A DNA stretch of 64,000 bases from NCBI RefSeq assembly GCF_044324875.1, contig NZ_CP172185.1; one strand, 5' to 3'. This document shows, piece after piece, positions 12,055 to 25,303 of the stretch (position 1 is its first letter; every line of letters starts with the position of its first letter). This stretch comes from Escherichia coli (GTDB lineage: Bacteria > Pseudomonadota > Gammaproteobacteria > Enterobacterales > Enterobacteriaceae). The notes beneath the pieces are model-generated. The model worked only from the letters and a program-made list of their open reading frames with translations, did not search any database and was not told the origin of the DNA. A program made the translations under genes and the position numbers.

Positions 12055-12161
12055 CTCGTCGCACATATCTTCAGGTTATTGATTTCCGTGGCGCAGAAAA
12101 AAGCAAATGGCACATCTGTTTGGGTATAATCGCGCCCATGCTTTTTCGCCAGGGAACCGTT

Positions 12162-13364
12162 ATGCGCATCCTTCACACCTCAGACTGGCATCTCGGCCAG
12201 AACTTCTACAGTAAAAGCCGCGAAGCTGAACATCAGGCTTTTCTTGACTGGCTGCTGGAGACAGCACAAACCCATCAGGTGGATGCGATTATTGTTGCCG
12301 GTGATGTTTTCGATACCGGCTCGCCCCCCAGTTACGCCCGCACGTTATACAACCGTTTTGTTGTCAATTTACAGCAAACTGGCTGTCATCTGGTGGTACT
12401 GGCAGGAAACCATGACTCGGTCGCCACGCTGAATGAATCGCGCGATATCATGGCGTTCCTCAATACGACCGTGGTCGCCAGCGCCGGACATGCGCCGCAA
12501 ATCTTGCCTCGTCGCGACGGGACGCCAGGCGCAGTGCTGTGCCCTATTCCGTTTTTACGTCCGCGTGACATTATTACCAGCCAGGCGGGGCTTAACGGTA
12601 TTGAAAAACAGCAGCATTTGCTGGCGGCTATTACTGATTATTATCAACAACATTATGCCGATGCCTGCAAACTGCGCGGCGATCAGCCTCTGCCCATCAT
12701 CGCCACGGGACATTTAACGACCGTGGGTGCCAGTAAAAGTGACGCTGTGCGTGACATTTATATTGGCACGCTGGACGCGTTTCCGGCACAAAACTTTCCA
12801 CCAGCCGACTACATCGCGCTCGGGCATATTCACCGCGCGCAGATTATTGGCGGCATGGAACATGTTCGCTATTGCGGTTCCCCCATACCACTGAGTTTTG
12901 ATGAATGCGGTAAGAGTAAATATGTCCATCTGGTGACATTTTCAAACGGCAAATTAGAGAGCGTGGAAAACCTGAACGTACCGGTAACGCAACCCATGGC
13001 GGTGCTGAAAGGCGATCTGGCGTCGATTACCGAACAGCTGGAACAGTGGCGCGATGTATCACAGGAGCCACCTGTCTGGCTGGATATCGAAATCACTACT
13101 GATGAGTATCTGCATGATATTCAGCGCAAAATCCAGGCATTAACCGAATCATTGCCTGTCGAAGTATTGCTGGTACGCCGGAGTCGTGAACAGCGCGAGC
13201 GAGTGTTAGCCAGCCAACAGCGTGAAACCCTCAGCGAACTCAGCGTCGAAGAGGTGTTCAATCGCCGTCTGGCACTGGAAGAACTGGATGAATCGCAGCA
13301 GCAACGTCTGCAGCATCTTTTCGCCACGACATTGCATACCCTCGCAGGAGAACACGAAGCATGA
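12162..13364 (+). CDS. sbcD: DNA repair exonuclease SbcCD, nuclease subunit
   Basis: ORF track gives 12120..13364 (TTG); internal ATG at 12162 ([12 protein letters not shown]...) gives 400 aa; stop overlaps sbcC start (ATGA). Confidence 0.9.
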   Translation: MRILHTSDWHLGQNFYSKSREAEHQAFLDWLLETAQTHQVDAIIVAGDVFDTGSPPSYARTLYNRFVVNLQQTGCHLVVLAGNHDSVATLNESRDIMAFLNTTVVASAGHAPQILPRRDGTPGAVLCPIPFLRPRDIITSQAGLNGIEKQQHLLAAITDYYQQHYADACKLRGDQPLPIIATGHLTTVGASKSDAVRDIYIGTLDAFPAQNFPPADYIALGHIHRAQIIGGMEHVRYCGSPIPLSFDECGKSKYVHLVTFSNGKLESVENLNVPVTQPMAVLKGDLASITEQLEQWRDVSQEPPVWLDIEITTDEYLHDIQRKIQALTESLPVEVLLVRRSREQRERVLASQQRETLSELSVEEVFNRRLALEELDESQQQRLQHLFATTLHTLAGEHEA

Positions 13365-16300
13365 AAATTCTCAGCCTGCGCCTGAAAAACCTGAACTCAT
13401 TAAAAGGCGAATGGAAGATTGATTTCACCCGCGAGCCGTTCGCCAGCAACGGGCTGTTTGCCATTACCGGCCCAACCGGTGCGGGGAAAACCACCCTGCT
13501 GGACGCCATTTGTCTGGCGCTGTATCACGAAACTCCGCGCCTTTCTAACGTTTCACAATCGCAAAATGATCTCATGACCCGCGATACCGCCGAATGTCTG
13601 GCGGAGGTGGAGTTTGAAGTCAAAGGTGAAGCGTATCGCGCGTTCTGGAGCCAGAATCGGGCGCGTAACCAGCCCGACGGTAATTTGCAGGTGCCACGCG
13701 TAGAGCTGGCGCGCTGCGTCGATGGCAAAATTCTCGCCGACAAAGTGAAAGATAAGCTGGAACTGACGACGACGTTAACCGGACTGGATTACGGGCGCTT
13801 CACCCGTTCGATGCTGCTTTCGCAGGGGCAATTTGCTGCCTTCCTGAATGCCAAACCAAAAGAACGCGCGGAATTGCTCGAGGAGTTAACCGGCACTGAA
13901 ATCTACGGGCAAATCTCGGCGATGGTTTTTGAGCAGCACAAATCGGCCCGCACAGAGCTGGAGAAGCTGCAAGCGCAGGCCAGCGGCGTCGCGTTGCTCA
14001 CGCCAGAACAAGTGCAATCGCTGACAGCGAGTTTGCAGGTACTTACTGACGAAGAAAAACAGTTACTTACCGCGCAGCAGCAAGAACAACAATCACTAAA
14101 CTGGTTAACGCGTCTGGACGAATTGCAGCAAGAAGCCAGCCGCCGTCAACAGGCCTTGCAACAGGCGTTAGCCGAAGAAGAAAAAGCGCAACCTCAACTG
14201 GCGGCGCTCAGTCTGGCACAACCGGCACGAAATCTTCGTCCACACTGGGAACGCATCGCAGAACACAGCGCGGCGCTGGCGCATACTCGCCAGCAGATTG
14301 AAGAAGTAAATACTCGCTTACAGAGCACAATGGCGCTTCGGGCGAGCATTCGCCACCACGCGGCGAAGCAGTCTGCAGAATTACAGCAGCAGCAACAAAG
14401 TCTGAATGCCTGGTTACAGGAACACGACCGCTTCCGTCAGTGGAACAACGAACTGGCGGGTTGGCGTGCGCAGTTCTCCCAACAAACCAGCGATCGCGAG
14501 CATCTGCGGCAATGGCAGCAACAGTTAACCCATGCAGAGCAAAAACTTAATGCGCTTGCGGCGATCACGTTGACGTTAACCGCCGATGAAGTTGCTAGCG
14601 CCCTGGCGCAACATGCTGAGCAACGCCCACTGCGTCAGCGCCTGGTCGCGCTGCATGGACAGATTGTTCCCCAACAAAAACGCCTGGCGCAATTACAGGT
14701 CACTATCCAGAATGTCACGCAAGAACAGACGCAACGTAACGCCGCACTTAACGAAATGCGCCAGCGTTATAAAGAAAAGACGCAGCAACTTGCCGATGTG
14801 AAAACCATTTGCGAGCAGGAAGCGCGCATCAAAACGCTGGAAGCTCAACGTGCACAGTTACAGGCGGGTCAGCCTTGTCCACTTTGTGGTTCCACCAGCC
14901 ACCCGGCGGTCGAGGCGTATCAGGCGCTGGAGCCTGGCGTTAATCAGTCTCGATTACTGGCGCTGGAAAACGAAGTTAAAAAGCTCGGTGAAGAAGGTGC
15001 GACGCTACGTGGGCAACTGGACGCCTTAACAAAGCAACTTCAGCGTGATGAAAACGAAGCGCAAAGCCTCCGACAAGATGAGCAAGCACTTACTCAACAA
15101 TGGCAAGCCGTCACGGCCAGCCTCAATATCACCTTGCAGCCACAGGACGATATTCAACCGTGGCTAGATGCACAAGATGAGCACGAACGCCAGCTGCGGT
15201 TACTCAGCCAACGGCATGAATTACAAGGGCAGATTGCCGCGCATAATCAGCAAATTATCCAGTATCAACAGCAAATTGAACAACGCCAGCAGCAGCTCTT
15301 AACGGCATTGGCGGGTTATGCGCTGACATTGCCACAGGAAGATGAAGAAGAGAGCTGGTTGGCGACGCGTCAGCAAGAAGCGCAGAGCTGGCAGCAACGC
15401 CAGAACGAATTAACCGCGCTGCAAAACCGTATTCAGCAACTGACGCCGATTCTGGAAACGTTGCCGCAAAGTGATGAACTCCCGCACTGCGAAGAAACTG
15501 TGGTACTGGAAAACTGGCGGCAGGTACATGAACAATGTCTCGCACTACACAGCCAGCAACAGACGTTACAGCAACAGGACGTTCTGGCGGCGCAAAGTCT
15601 GCAAAAAGCCCAGGCGCAGTTTGACACCGCGCTACAGGCCAGTGTCTTTGACGATCAACAGGCGTTCCTTGCGGCGCTAATGGATGAACAAACACTAACC
15701 CAACTGGAACAGCTCAAGCAGAATCTGGAGAACCAGCGCCGTCAGGCGCAAACGCTGGTCACTCAGACAGCTGAAACGCTGGCACAGCATCAGCAACACC
15801 GACCTGACGGCCAGGATCTCACGGTGACGGTGGAACAGATTCAGCAAGCGTTAGCGCAAACTCAGCAAAAGTTGCGTGAAAACACCACTCGCCAGGGGGA
15901 AATTCGCCAGCAGCTGAAGCAGGATGCAGACAACCGTCAGCAACAACAAACCTTAATGCAGCAAATTGCTCAAATGACGCAGCAGGTTGAGGACTGGGGA
16001 TATCTGAATTCGCTAATAGGTTCCAAAGAGGGCGATAAATTCCGCAAGTTTGCCCAGGGGCTGACGCTGGATAATTTAGTCCATCTCGCTAATCAGCAAC
16101 TTACCCGGCTGCACGGGCGCTATCTGTTACAGCGCAAAGCCAGCGAGGCGCTGGAAGTCGAGGTTGTTGATACCTGGCAGGCAGATGCGGTACGCGATAC
16201 CCGTACCCTTTCCGGCGGCGAAAGTTTCCTCGTTAGTCTGGCGCTGGCGCTGGCGCTTTCGGATCTGGTCAGCCATAAAACACGTATTGACTCGCTGTTC

Positions 16301-16504
16301 CTTGATGAAGGTTTTGGCACGCTGGATAGCGAAACGCTGGATACCGCCCTTGATGCGCTGGATGCCCTGAACGCCAGTGGCAAAACCATCGGTGTGATTA
16401 GCCACGTAGAAGCGATGAAAGAGCGTATTCCGGTGCAGATCAAAGTGAAAAAGATCAACGGTCTGGGCTACAGCAAACTGGAAAGTACGTTTGCAGTGAA
16501 ATAA
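13361..16504 (+). CDS. sbcC: DNA repair exonuclease SbcCD, ATPase subunit
   Basis: 1047-aa ORF with Walker A (GPTGAGKTT), long Q-rich coiled coil, CPLCG zinc hook and C-terminal signature/Walker B. Confidence 0.93.
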   Translation: MKILSLRLKNLNSLKGEWKIDFTREPFASNGLFAITGPTGAGKTTLLDAICLALYHETPRLSNVSQSQNDLMTRDTAECLAEVEFEVKGEAYRAFWSQNRARNQPDGNLQVPRVELARCVDGKILADKVKDKLELTTTLTGLDYGRFTRSMLLSQGQFAAFLNAKPKERAELLEELTGTEIYGQISAMVFEQHKSARTELEKLQAQASGVALLTPEQVQSLTASLQVLTDEEKQLLTAQQQEQQSLNWLTRLDELQQEASRRQQALQQALAEEEKAQPQLAALSLAQPARNLRPHWERIAEHSAALAHTRQQIEEVNTRLQSTMALRASIRHHAAKQSAELQQQQQSLNAWLQEHDRFRQWNNELAGWRAQFSQQTSDREHLRQWQQQLTHAEQKLNALAAITLTLTADEVASALAQHAEQRPLRQRLVALHGQIVPQQKRLAQLQVTIQNVTQEQTQRNAALNEMRQRYKEKTQQLADVKTICEQEARIKTLEAQRAQLQAGQPCPLCGSTSHPAVEAYQALEPGVNQSRLLALENEVKKLGEEGATLRGQLDALTKQLQRDENEAQSLRQDEQALTQQWQAVTASLNITLQPQDDIQPWLDAQDEHERQLRLLSQRHELQGQIAAHNQQIIQYQQQIEQRQQQLLTALAGYALTLPQEDEEESWLATRQQEAQSWQQRQNELTALQNRIQQLTPILETLPQSDELPHCEETVVLENWRQVHEQCLALHSQQQTLQQQDVLAAQSLQKAQAQFDTALQASVFDDQQAFLAALMDEQTLTQLEQLKQNLENQRRQAQTLVTQTAETLAQHQQHRPDGQDLTVTVEQIQQALAQTQQKLRENTTRQGEIRQQLKQDADNRQQQQTLMQQIAQMTQQVEDWGYLNSLIGSKEGDKFRKFAQGLTLDNLVHLANQQLTRLHGRYLLQRKASEALEVEVVDTWQADAVRDTRTLSGGESFLVSLALALALSDLVSHKTRIDSLFLDEGFGTLDSETLDTALDALDALNASGKTIGVISHVEAMKERIPVQIKVKKINGLGYSKLESTFAVK

Positions 16505-16629
16505 CTATTCAGCAGGATAATGAATACAGAGGGGCGAATTATCTCTTGGCCTTGCTGGTCGTTATCCTGCAAGCTATCACTTTATTGGCTACGGTGATTG
16601 GTAGCCGTTCTGGTGGTTGTGATGGTGGT

Positions 16630-17814
16630 ATGAAAAAAGTCATTTTATCTTTGGCTCTGGGCACGTTTGGTTTGGGGATGGCCGAATTTGGCATTATGGG
16701 CGTGCTCACGGAGCTGGCGCATAACGTAGGAATTTCGATTCCTGCTGCCGGGCATATGATCTCGTATTATGCGCTGGGGGTGGTGGTCGGTGCGCCAATC
16801 ATCGCACTCTTTTCCAGCCGCTACTCACTCAAACATATCTTGTTGTTTCTGGTGGCGTTGTGCGTCATTGGCAACGCCATGTTCACGCTCTCTTCGTCTT
16901 ACCTGATGCTCGCCATTGGTCGGCTGGTATCCGGCTTTCCGCATGGCGCATTTTTTGGCGTCGGCGCGATCGTGTTATCAAAAATTATCAAACCCGGAAA
17001 AGTCACCGCCGCCGTGGCGGGGATGGTTTCCGGGATGACAGTCGCCAATTTGCTGGGCATTCCGCTAGGAACGTATTTAAGTCAGGAATTTAGCTGGCGT
17101 TACACCTTTTTATTGATCGCTGTTTTTAATATTGCGGTGATGGCATCGGTCTATTTTTGGGTGCCGGATATTCGCGACGAAGCGAAAGGAAAGCTGCGCG
17201 AACAATTTCACTTTTTACGCAGCCCGGCCCCGTGGTTAATTTTCGCCGCCACCATGTTTGGCAACGCAGGTGTGTTTGCCTGGTTCAGCTACGTAAAGCC
17301 ATACATGATGTTTATTTCCGGTTTTTCGGAAACGGCGATGACCTTTATTATGATGTTAGTGGGGCTAGGGATGGTGCTGGGGAATGTGCTAAGTGGCCGG
17401 ATTTCAGGACGTTATTCACCACTGCGCATTGCAGCAGTGACTGACTTTATCATTGTACTGGCACTGCTGATGCTCTTTTTCTGCGGTGGCATGAAAATAA
17501 CGTCGCTTATTTTTGCTTTTATTTGTTGCGCGGGATTATTTGCCCTTTCAGCACCTCTGCAAATATTGTTACTGCAAAACGCCAAAGGCGGAGAGTTATT
17601 AGGTGCCGCAGGTGGGCAAATAGCGTTTAACCTCGGTAGCGCCGTCGGCGCATATTGCGGTGGTATGATGCTGACGCTGGGGCTGGCATATAATTACGTG
17701 GCGCTGCCTGCCGCCCTGCTTTCGTTTGCTGCGATGTCGTCGTTGCTGCTGTATGGTCGCTATAAGCGCCAGCAAGCGGCGGATAGTCCGGTGCTGGCGA
17801 AACCACTGGGGTAG
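16630..17814 (+). CDS. araJ: MFS transporter AraJ
   Basis: ORF track gives 16546..17814; internal ATG at 16630 (MKKVILSLALGTFGLG...) gives 394 aa. Confidence 0.85.
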   Translation: MKKVILSLALGTFGLGMAEFGIMGVLTELAHNVGISIPAAGHMISYYALGVVVGAPIIALFSSRYSLKHILLFLVALCVIGNAMFTLSSSYLMLAIGRLVSGFPHGAFFGVGAIVLSKIIKPGKVTAAVAGMVSGMTVANLLGIPLGTYLSQEFSWRYTFLLIAVFNIAVMASVYFWVPDIRDEAKGKLREQFHFLRSPAPWLIFAATMFGNAGVFAWFSYVKPYMMFISGFSETAMTFIMMLVGLGMVLGNVLSGRISGRYSPLRIAAVTDFIIVLALLMLFFCGGMKITSLIFAFICCAGLFALSAPLQILLLQNAKGGELLGAAGGQIAFNLGSAVGAYCGGMMLTLGLAYNYVALPAALLSFAAMSSLLLYGRYKRQQAADSPVLAKPLG

Positions 17815-17842
17815 ATTACTGTCACGGTGCGCGTTGCTTATT

Positions 17843-17931
17843 GCCGGATGCGGCGTGAACGCCTTATCCGCCCTACGCGGTTCTGGCACATTTTGTAGGC
17901 CTGATAAAACGCGGCAAGCGTCGCATCAGGC
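17843..17931. repeat. REP/BIME palindromic elements
   Basis: Two copies of the gccggatgcggcgtgaacgccttatccg / gtaggcctgataa motif between convergent araJ and mak. Confidence 0.75.
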
Positions 17932-17956
17932 ATGATGCGCCAATTGCCTACGTTTT

Positions 17957-18865
17957 TTACTCTTGTGGCCATAACCACGCAGCGCCGCGTACGCCGCTGG
18001 AATCACCGTGCTTCGCCTTACGCACCGGTGTTTCACATTCGCCGCCGAAGACAAATTGTTTAATCAACTGCGGAACCGTTTGATATAAACGGTCTACATT
18101 GCTCATCCCGCCCCCCAGGACAATCACATCCGGATCGAGAATATTCACGACATGTGCCAGCGATTTTGCCAGCCGCAGCTCGTAGCGACGCAATGCCAGT
18201 TCCGCTACCGGATCGCTTTCTTCAACCAGGCGGATAATTTCACTGCCTTTCAGCGCATGTCCGCTCAAACGACGATAATCCGTCGCGAATCCCGTGCCCG
18301 AAATAAAGGTTTCAATACAACCTTGTTTACCGCAATAACAAGGGACTTCCTCGCGATAACGCAGTTCGTCTTCGTCCATCCACGGTAGCGGATTGTGTCC
18401 CCACTCACCTGCCGTGCCATTGCCGCCGATATGCGCCCGCCCATTGAATGCCACGCCCGCGCCGCATCCCGTGCCGATAATCACGGCAAATACCGTCTGC
18501 GCTCCCGCTGCCGCGCCATCTACTGCTTCTGAAACCGCCAGACAGTTGGCGTCATTTGCCAGCCGCACTTCCCGCTGCAACCGCGCGCTTAAGTCTTTAT
18601 CGAATGGCTGACCGTTGAGCCAGGTTGAATTGGCATTCTTCACCACGCCGGTGTAAGGCGAAATTGAGCCAGGAATGCCCATACCTACCGTTCCGCGCAG
18701 CCCTGTCGCCTGCTCCGCCATATCAACCAACGTGGCGATCGTTTCAATAGTCTGCCGGTAATCATCACGCGGCGTGGGCAGACGATGGCGGTACAACTGC
18801 TCCCCTGCATCGCCCAGTGCAATCACTTCAGTTTTGGTGCCGCCTAAATCGATACCTATACGCAC
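17957..18865 (-). CDS. mak: fructokinase / manno(fructo)kinase (ROK family)
   Basis: ORF track extends to 19003; GTG at 18863-18865 preceded by GGAGAG gives the expected 302 aa ([13 protein letters not shown]...). Confidence 0.85.
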   Translation of the reverse strand: MRIGIDLGGTKTEVIALGDAGEQLYRHRLPTPRDDYRQTIETIATLVDMAEQATGLRGTVGMGIPGSISPYTGVVKNANSTWLNGQPFDKDLSARLQREVRLANDANCLAVSEAVDGAAAGAQTVFAVIIGTGCGAGVAFNGRAHIGGNGTAGEWGHNPLPWMDEDELRYREEVPCYCGKQGCIETFISGTGFATDYRRLSGHALKGSEIIRLVEESDPVAELALRRYELRLAKSLAHVVNILDPDVIVLGGGMSNVDRLYQTVPQLIKQFVFGGECETPVRKAKHGDSSGVRGAAWLWPQE

Positions 18866-18989
18866 GGTACTCTCCTTATTTTTTTCAATATCAATAGCGT
18901 AGAGACGGACAACCGGATTGGCAATGCAAGCCCGCCGACAATTCGTTATCATGCCCGCTAAATTTAACGACAAGGCCGTGGAAATTATC

Positions 18990-19901
18990 ATGCTGTGGTT
19001 CAAAAATTTAATGGTTTACCGTCTTAGCCGCGAGATTTCGCTGCGTGCAGAAGAGATGGAAAAACAGCTAGCCTCGATGGCATTTACCCCATGCGGCAGC
19101 CAGGACATGGCGAAGATGGGCTGGGTTCCTCCGATGGGATCGCACAGCGATGCGTTAACGCACGTTGCCAATGGTCAAATTGTTATCTGCGCGCGCAAAG
19201 AAGAAAAAATCCTCCCGTCTCCGGTGATTAAACAGGCGCTGGAAGCGAAAATCGCCAAACTGGAAGCGGAACAGGCGCGTAAGCTGAAGAAAACCGAAAA
19301 AGATTCGCTGAAAGACGAAGTGCTGCATTCTCTGCTGCCGCGTGCTTTCAGCCGTTTTAGCCAGACAATGATGTGGATCGACACGGTTAACGGTTTGATT
19401 ATGGTGGACTGCGCCAGTGCCAAAAAAGCGGAAGATACGCTGGCATTACTGCGTAAAAGCCTGGGGTCGTTACCGGTTGTACCATTGAGCATGGAAAATC
19501 CGATTGAACTGACGCTGACCGAATGGGTACGCTCCGGCAGCACAGCACAGGGCTTCCAGCTGCTTGATGAAGCCGAGCTGAAATCACTGCTGGAAGATGG
19601 CGGCGTGATCCGCGCGAAGAAACAAGATCTGACCAGCGAAGAGATCACCAACCACATTGAAGCCGGAAAAGTGGTGACTAAACTGGCGCTCGACTGGCAG
19701 CAGCGCATTCAGTTTGTGATGTGCGACGATGGTTCGCTCAAGCGTCTGAAGTTCTGCGACGAGCTGCGCGATCAAAACGAAGATATCGACCGTGAAGATT
19801 TCGCCCAGCGTTTTGATGCCGATTTCATCCTGATGACTGGTGAACTGGCAGCGTTAATTCAAAACCTGATTGAAGGATTAGGTGGCGAAGCACAACGTTA
19901 A
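18990..19901 (+). CDS. rdgC: recombination-associated protein RdgC
   Basis: ORF track gives 18918..19901; internal ATG at 18990 ([16 protein letters not shown]...) gives 303 aa. Confidence 0.9.
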   Translation: MLWFKNLMVYRLSREISLRAEEMEKQLASMAFTPCGSQDMAKMGWVPPMGSHSDALTHVANGQIVICARKEEKILPSPVIKQALEAKIAKLEAEQARKLKKTEKDSLKDEVLHSLLPRAFSRFSQTMMWIDTVNGLIMVDCASAKKAEDTLALLRKSLGSLPVVPLSMENPIELTLTEWVRSGSTAQGFQLLDEAELKSLLEDGGVIRAKKQDLTSEEITNHIEAGKVVTKLALDWQQRIQFVMCDDGSLKRLKFCDELRDQNEDIDREDFAQRFDADFILMTGELAALIQNLIEGLGGEAQR

Positions 19902-19920
19902 TTGCTGATTTACCTTTAAT

Positions 19921-19957
19921 GCCGGATGCGACGCCTGCCGCGTCTTATCCGGCGTAC
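19921..19957. repeat. REP element
   Basis: gccggatgcgacgcctgccgcgtcttatccggcgtac immediately downstream of rdgC. Confidence 0.7.
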
Positions 19958-20058
19958 GAAGCTACACCAGGCATATAATTATTCGCTACGGCGGGCAATA
20001 ATTTTTAGCGCAGCAATATTATGCGTTTTACGCTGTAACTTGCTCCAGGGGCGTTGTG

Positions 20059-20376
20059 TCATTGTTTTTCCTCAAGCCGGTGACGCGCTTCACTACGAAT
20101 TTTCCGCGTTGCCCCGGTTTTCACTAAATCCCGTAACTGCGAAAGAGCGGGTTGATCGACAAATAAAAGTAATGATGGCTCCTCTTTTAGCCACAGCGTT
20201 TTCACATCGGCAGCCAGCTGTGGATTATTAATAGCCAGCGACCGATCCTGAGACTCAGTCAATGTCGTTAACAACACCGGGGTATGTGCGTTGCGCAATG
20301 CCGTTTGGCGCAAATGATCATTGCGACTTTGCAGCAATGCACGCCACCATTCATCATCTGATTTATCTTTGATCAT
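20059..20376 (-). CDS. small hypothetical protein (105 aa), possibly ykiA-like
   Basis: ORF between rdgC and ppnP; protein not recognised with confidence; weak RBS. Confidence 0.4.
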   Translation of the reverse strand: MIKDKSDDEWWRALLQSRNDHLRQTALRNAHTPVLLTTLTESQDRSLAINNPQLAADVKTLWLKEEPSLLLFVDQPALSQLRDLVKTGATRKIRSEARHRLEEKQ

Positions 20377-20544
20377 CGCCAGTTCCGCAACAATATCTGG
20401 AGATCTTCACTGATATTTATATCAACCTTGATGAATTATGAATATATCGGAAATCGAAAAAATCCCAGCAAAGGAAATATTATTATGGGTTAAAGAGAGG
20501 ACATTTCAGAAAAATGCCCTCCCGTTCAAGGGGAAGGCGAGGAA

Positions 20545-20829
20545 TTACAGATAGCGGCACAGATAAGAGGTGGGTTCGGCAACTTGCAGATGAAACTCGC
20601 TGTGACCGGGAACATTAAACACCGAACCGGCTTCATACACTTGCCAGTCGGTCGCGTCAGGCAGTAACACATTCAGCGCACCACTGATTACCGTCATCTC
20701 TTCAGGCTCAGCGGTGCTGAAGGTGTATTCACCTTCAACCATAACACCCACGCTGGCGCGACCAGTGCTGCTGCTGGAAAAGCCGATCGATTTCACTTTG
20801 CCTGAAAAGTACTCATTACTTTGAAGCAT
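20545..20829 (-). CDS. ppnP: pyrimidine/purine nucleoside phosphorylase
   Basis: 94-aa ORF recognised as PpnP/YaiE ([17 protein letters not shown]...). Confidence 0.88.
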
Positions 20830-20900
20830 AAACTGGCCCTGTCTGGTAGTTGAACATCTACTTCACTATAGGGGCCAGAGGCGCTGGCTGTCACGCAAAA

Positions 20901-21578
20901 TTACACCAGTAATTCCGCAGCCAGCCGTGCAATCAATACGTTAGAGAGCAAGACAGGAACATCGAGCTGTTTTTGCAGTAAATCGCGATGACGTTGGTGA
21001 AATCCTAAACAATCCAGCATGATGACATCAGCCCCTTTTGCCAGTAATTCTTTCCCGGCATCAATGATTTTTTGTTCCGAATCATGAATGGGGTTACCCA
21101 ATGAAAATACTGGCGGTTTCTGCAAAATTTGCCATTTTTGCGCCTGAACGGTCAGCAACTCCTCAACCGGTACGATAACCCCCACCTGATGATCTTCAAC
21201 AATAGAGGAAACCAGCGGTGGCAATATCCGCGACGGCTCAAGAAAGATCGTATTACGCGCAGTCATACTACTAATGTTTGCTGTACTCATTAATAAAATG
21301 ACGTCATAACCCTGATTATCGAGCACTTCAACCACACCTTGCAGGTCTCGTTCCACTTTACGACGCGAAACATGGGCCAGCTGGTTGTCATTTAATAATG
21401 TGAGAATGGTGTCTTCGCCTGCTTCTGGCGCGTACTCCGCCATCACTTCTTCACGACTTAACTTCCCCAGCAGGCTATGATGGGAAATATTATCTTCGTC
21501 AATGTATTCTGTCAGGAGCGGCAAAACTTCCTGCATAGGTACAATGCCGATGGTCAGGATCGCCAACGACGCACTCAT
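20901..21578 (-). CDS. aroM: AroM family protein
   Basis: 225-aa ORF; position downstream of aroL-yaiA. Confidence 0.85.
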   Translation of the reverse strand: MSASLAILTIGIVPMQEVLPLLTEYIDEDNISHHSLLGKLSREEVMAEYAPEAGEDTILTLLNDNQLAHVSRRKVERDLQGVVEVLDNQGYDVILLMSTANISSMTARNTIFLEPSRILPPLVSSIVEDHQVGVIVPVEELLTVQAQKWQILQKPPVFSLGNPIHDSEQKIIDAGKELLAKGADVIMLDCLGFHQRHRDLLQKQLDVPVLLSNVLIARLAAELLV

Positions 21579-21835
21579 TGTTCTTCCACCTTACTTTTAT
21601 TTCGTCGTTAATTACCGGGCAAGCGCTAAGCACCACTGCTGACACTTACCTGTGCTACAAATGACAAAAAGCGTAGCAGCAGACCTGCACGGCATAATGT
21701 AAAGATTCCAAATGATTCCAGTAATGGATTGTTATTGTTTAATATTCTAATTATTTGAAAAACATGAATTGTGAAAAATGTGACGCAGCTCCCTTGTGGT
21801 GGCACTCAGAATCCCTTCCGAGCAGTCTGATGCGG

Positions 21836-22036
<201 letters not shown>

Positions 22037-22076
22037 TTATTTCACGGGATGAACGTTAAGTATAGGCGCTCGAAAA

Positions 22077-22601
22077 TCAACAATTGATCGTCTGTGCCAG
22101 GGCACTGCGAATTTCAGAAATCACCTGGCTGGGTTCGTTTGTTGCGTCGATGATAATATGCGCAACTTCGCGATATAGCGCATCGCGTTCTTCCAGCACT
22201 TCCTGAACTTCTTCGCTCAGCGGTTTCCCCGTTAAGGTTGGCCGTAAATCTTCTTCCGGTGCAGCTTGCAGTCGGTTAACCAGGACTGATACTGGCGCAC
22301 ACAAATAAACCACGATCCCGTTATTTTGCATAAAGTGACGATTAAATTCCGTCAGAATAATGCCGCCGCCCGTGGCGATAACGGTGGATGGCGCAGTTAC
22401 CGCTTCCAGCGCCGCCGTTTCTCTGGCGCGGAATCCCGCCCACTCTTCCCTTTCGACGATCTCCGCGACCGTCATATTGAGCTGTGATTGCAACCACTGG
22501 TCGGTATCGACAAATCGACGGTTAAGCGAATCGGCAAGGGCCATTCCGACCGTTGTTTTACCACAGCCCCGAGGCCCGATCAGAAAAAGAGGTTGTGTCA
22601 T
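22077..22601 (-). CDS. aroL: shikimate kinase II
   Basis: 174-aa ORF with P-loop GPRGCGKTT. Confidence 0.93.
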
Positions 22602-22659
22602 CGTGGGTTTTCCCCAATAGGTCGCAATGCGGCGAAAGCCGGTGTCATGAGAATAGCGA

Positions 22660-22782
22660 TCATACCATCAAACTAGTACAATTTCGATTGTAAAGAAAAA
22701 ATTCCACTTAAAGTGAAAATATCGATACACCCCTTACTATACCAATAAATATTCAAGAATGAAGTGTAAATAATAAATTACA
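22660..22782 (-). promoter_or_regulatory. aroL promoter region with TyrR-box-like palindrome and TrpR operator-like half-site
   Basis: TGTAAATAATAAATTACA at 22765-22782 fits TGTAAA-N6-TTTACA; GTACTAGTT (minus strand) near 22664-22681. Confidence 0.5.
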
Positions 22783-22783
22783 T

Positions 22784-23242
22784 TTAGCCACGACTACGTT
22801 GCACTTCCAGCCACCACTTCTCCAGCTCCGCGGCAAAGGCCTGGCGGTCACGTTGTGAAAGGCTATCTGGTCCCCCGGTCTGGATCCCACTGGCGCGTAA
22901 GGTATCCATAAAATCGCGCATCGTCAGGCGCTCACGAATGGTCGCTGGCGTGTAACGTTCGCCGCGTGGATTAAGCGCCGCCGCGCCTTTCTCGATGGCT
23001 TCAGCAGCCAAAGGAATATCTGCGGTGATCACCAAATCGCCCGCTTCACACTGCCGGACAATTTCGTTATCGGCAACGTCGAAACCTGCCGCGACGCGCA
23101 GCGTACGAATAAATCGCGATGGCGGCACGCGTAAACTCTGGTTTGCTACCAGTACCAGCGGCATCTGCATACGTTCCGCCGCGCGATACAAAATCTCTTT
23201 AATTACATTGGGACACGCGTCGGCATCCACCCAAATTGTCAT
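22784..23242 (-). CDS. yaiI: UPF0178 protein YaiI
   Basis: ORF track extends to 23362; internal ATG at 23240-23242 ([13 protein letters not shown]...) gives 152 aa. Confidence 0.85.
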   Translation of the reverse strand: MTIWVDADACPNVIKEILYRAAERMQMPLVLVANQSLRVPPSRFIRTLRVAAGFDVADNEIVRQCEAGDLVITADIPLAAEAIEKGAAALNPRGERYTPATIRERLTMRDFMDTLRASGIQTGGPDSLSQRDRQAFAAELEKWWLEVQRSRG

Positions 23243-23361
23243 AAAGTCATCCTTTGTTGGGTAATCCTCTATTGTGTCGCGCTTTTGCCTTCCGGCATAG
23301 TTCTGTTTATGCTTCTGCCAGCGATTATCAAAACAATGAATTTCACGGCAGGAGTGAGGCA

Positions 23362-24171
23362 ATGGAAAAGAAAATCGGTTTTATTGGCTGCGGCAATATG
23401 GGAAAAGCCATTCTCGGCGGTCTGATTGCCAGCGGTCAGGTGCTTCCAGGGCAAATCTGGGTATATACTCCCTCCCCGGATAAAGTCTCCGCCCTGCATG
23501 ACCAGTTCGGCATCAACGCCGCAGAATCGGCGCAAGAAGTGGCGCAAATCGCCGACATCATTTTTGCCGCCGTTAAACCTGGCATCATGATTAAAGTGCT
23601 TAGCGAAATCACCTCCAGCCTGAATAAAGACTCTCTGGTCGTTTCTATTGCTGCAGGTATCACACTCGACCAGCTTGCCCGCGCGCTGGGCCATGACCGG
23701 AAAATTATCCGCGCCATGCCGAACACTCCCGCGCTGGTTAATGCCGGGATGACCTCCGTAACACCAAACGCGCTGGTAACCCCAGAAGATACCGCTGATG
23801 TGCTGAATATTTTCCGCTGCTTTGGCGAAGCGGAAGTAATTGCCGAGCCGATGATCCACCCGGTGGTCGGTGTGAGCGGTTCTTCGCCAGCCTACGTCTT
23901 TATGTTTATCGAAGCGATGGCCGACGCTGCCGTGCTGGGCGGGATGCCACGCGCCCAGGCGTATAAATTTGCCGCTCAGGCGGTAATGGGTTCCGCAAAA
24001 ATGGTGCTGGAAACGGGAGAACATCCGGGGGCACTGAAAGATATGGTCTGCTCACCGGGAGGCACCACCATTGAGGCGGTACGCGTACTGGAAGAGAAAG
24101 GCTTCCGTGCCGCAGTGATCGAAGCGATGACGAAGTGTATGGAAAAATCAGAAAAACTCAGTAAATCCTGA
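23362..24171 (+). CDS. proC: pyrroline-5-carboxylate reductase
   Basis: ORF track gives 23254..24171; internal ATG at 23362 ([17 protein letters not shown]...) gives 269 aa. Confidence 0.93.
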   Translation: MEKKIGFIGCGNMGKAILGGLIASGQVLPGQIWVYTPSPDKVSALHDQFGINAAESAQEVAQIADIIFAAVKPGIMIKVLSEITSSLNKDSLVVSIAAGITLDQLARALGHDRKIIRAMPNTPALVNAGMTSVTPNALVTPEDTADVLNIFRCFGEAEVIAEPMIHPVVGVSGSSPAYVFMFIEAMADAAVLGGMPRAQAYKFAAQAVMGSAKMVLETGEHPGALKDMVCSPGGTTIEAVRVLEEKGFRAAVIEAMTKCMEKSEKLSKS

Positions 24172-24187
24172 TGACTTTTGCCGGACG

Positions 24188-25303
24188 TCAGGCCGCCACT
24201 TCGGTGCGGTTACGTCCGGCTTTCTTTGCTTTGTAGAGCGCCAAATCTGCCGATTTCAACCACTCGCGATAGTGACTCATTTGTGGGTTCAGCGGCGCAA
24301 CCCCCACACTAATCCGTAACATCACCTGCGGCGTATTCGGCAGACGTAATGTATTTAGCCCTTCATGCACTCGTAACATGGCGGTAATGGCGCTCTCAGC
24401 TGGCGTACCGGACATGATTACCGCAAACTCATCGCCGCCAAACCGACCAATCACATCGCTACCGCGCAGGGTTATTTGTAATTGTCGGGTAAGCGCCACA
24501 ATCGCTTCATCGCCCACATCATGGCCCCAGGTATCGTTGATGCTCTTGAAATGGTCGATATCGATAATCAGTAATGTCGCATCGCGGTTATGCCGCCGAC
24601 AGTTATCAAATTCATTGCGTAACATAGTTTCCCAATGACGTCGGTTATACACGCCCGTCATACCGTCGCGGGTACTCATGACCTGCAACCTGCGTTTATG
24701 TTCCGCCAGTTTAGTCGCCGTCTGGTAGCTGACCCAGCCAAACAGCAGAGGATAAATGACGATAATGGGAAGGGAGAGCCACCATTCCAGCGGCGCACTA
24801 TTGAACGACACGGTGATGCCCGTCAGTTCAAGGGTGACAAGACAGGAAACCACCATCAACACCAGACCCGCGACAAACAGACGGGGGCCGCCTGCCCCCA
24901 TCAAATTCAGACACATAATCATCAACATCGCGGTGGAAGGCAGCACGTTTACGCCCATTACGCCTACCCACATTCCCGCTAATACTGCATCGGTTTTTAA
25001 GTTGTAAATTTCCCGGCTAAGCGGATCGACGGCCCTGCTCGCTATCTGCCAGGCTAAATGCGGCCAGACGAACGCCCAGCCGACCAACACCAGCCACCAC
25101 CAGCCCGGCGGCGGGTGCGAAACCAGCGTTGAAGCAATCGGTAAGAACATACCAGCCAGGCCAACCGCGCGGGGTAGTCTGACGCGACGGGCGAAGCGCA
25201 GCCCGGACCGCTGATGTTCGTTTTGAGGAGTTAAAGGAGGTTCCTCCCCATGCGCCGCCGCTTTTTTGAAAAAGTTTTCATCATTCATTATTTTTGGGAA
25301 CAT
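24188..25303 (-). CDS. dgcC: diguanylate cyclase (GGDEF domain, membrane-anchored)
   Basis: 371-aa ORF with N-terminal transmembrane region and GGDEF motif (RFGGDEFAVI); former names adrA/yaiC. Confidence 0.88.
   Translation of the reverse strand: MFPKIMNDENFFKKAAAHGEEPPLTPQNEHQRSGLRFARRVRLPRAVGLAGMFLPIASTLVSHPPPGWWWLVLVGWAFVWPHLAWQIASRAVDPLSREIYNLKTDAVLAGMWVGVMGVNVLPSTAMLMIMCLNLMGAGGPRLFVAGLVLMVVSCLVTLELTGITVSFNSAPLEWWLSLPIIVIYPLLFGWVSYQTATKLAEHKRRLQVMSTRDGMTGVYNRRHWETMLRNEFDNCRRHNRDATLLIIDIDHFKSINDTWGHDVGDEAIVALTRQLQITLRGSDVIGRFGGDEFAVIMSGTPAESAITAMLRVHEGLNTLRLPNTPQVMLRISVGVAPLNPQMSHYREWLKSADLALYKAKKAGRNRTEVAA

Noticed and set aside
16546-19003. N-terminal extensions in the ORF track for araJ, mak and rdgC (and similarly acpH, hemB, proC, mhpR, mhpC, mhpT, tauA, frmR, lacI)
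   Set aside because: The track reports the longest frame from the first ATG/GTG/TTG; internal starts give the protein lengths and N-termini I recognise and were used instead.
23269-24024. 251-aa minus-strand ORF
   Set aside because: Antisense to proC; spurious.
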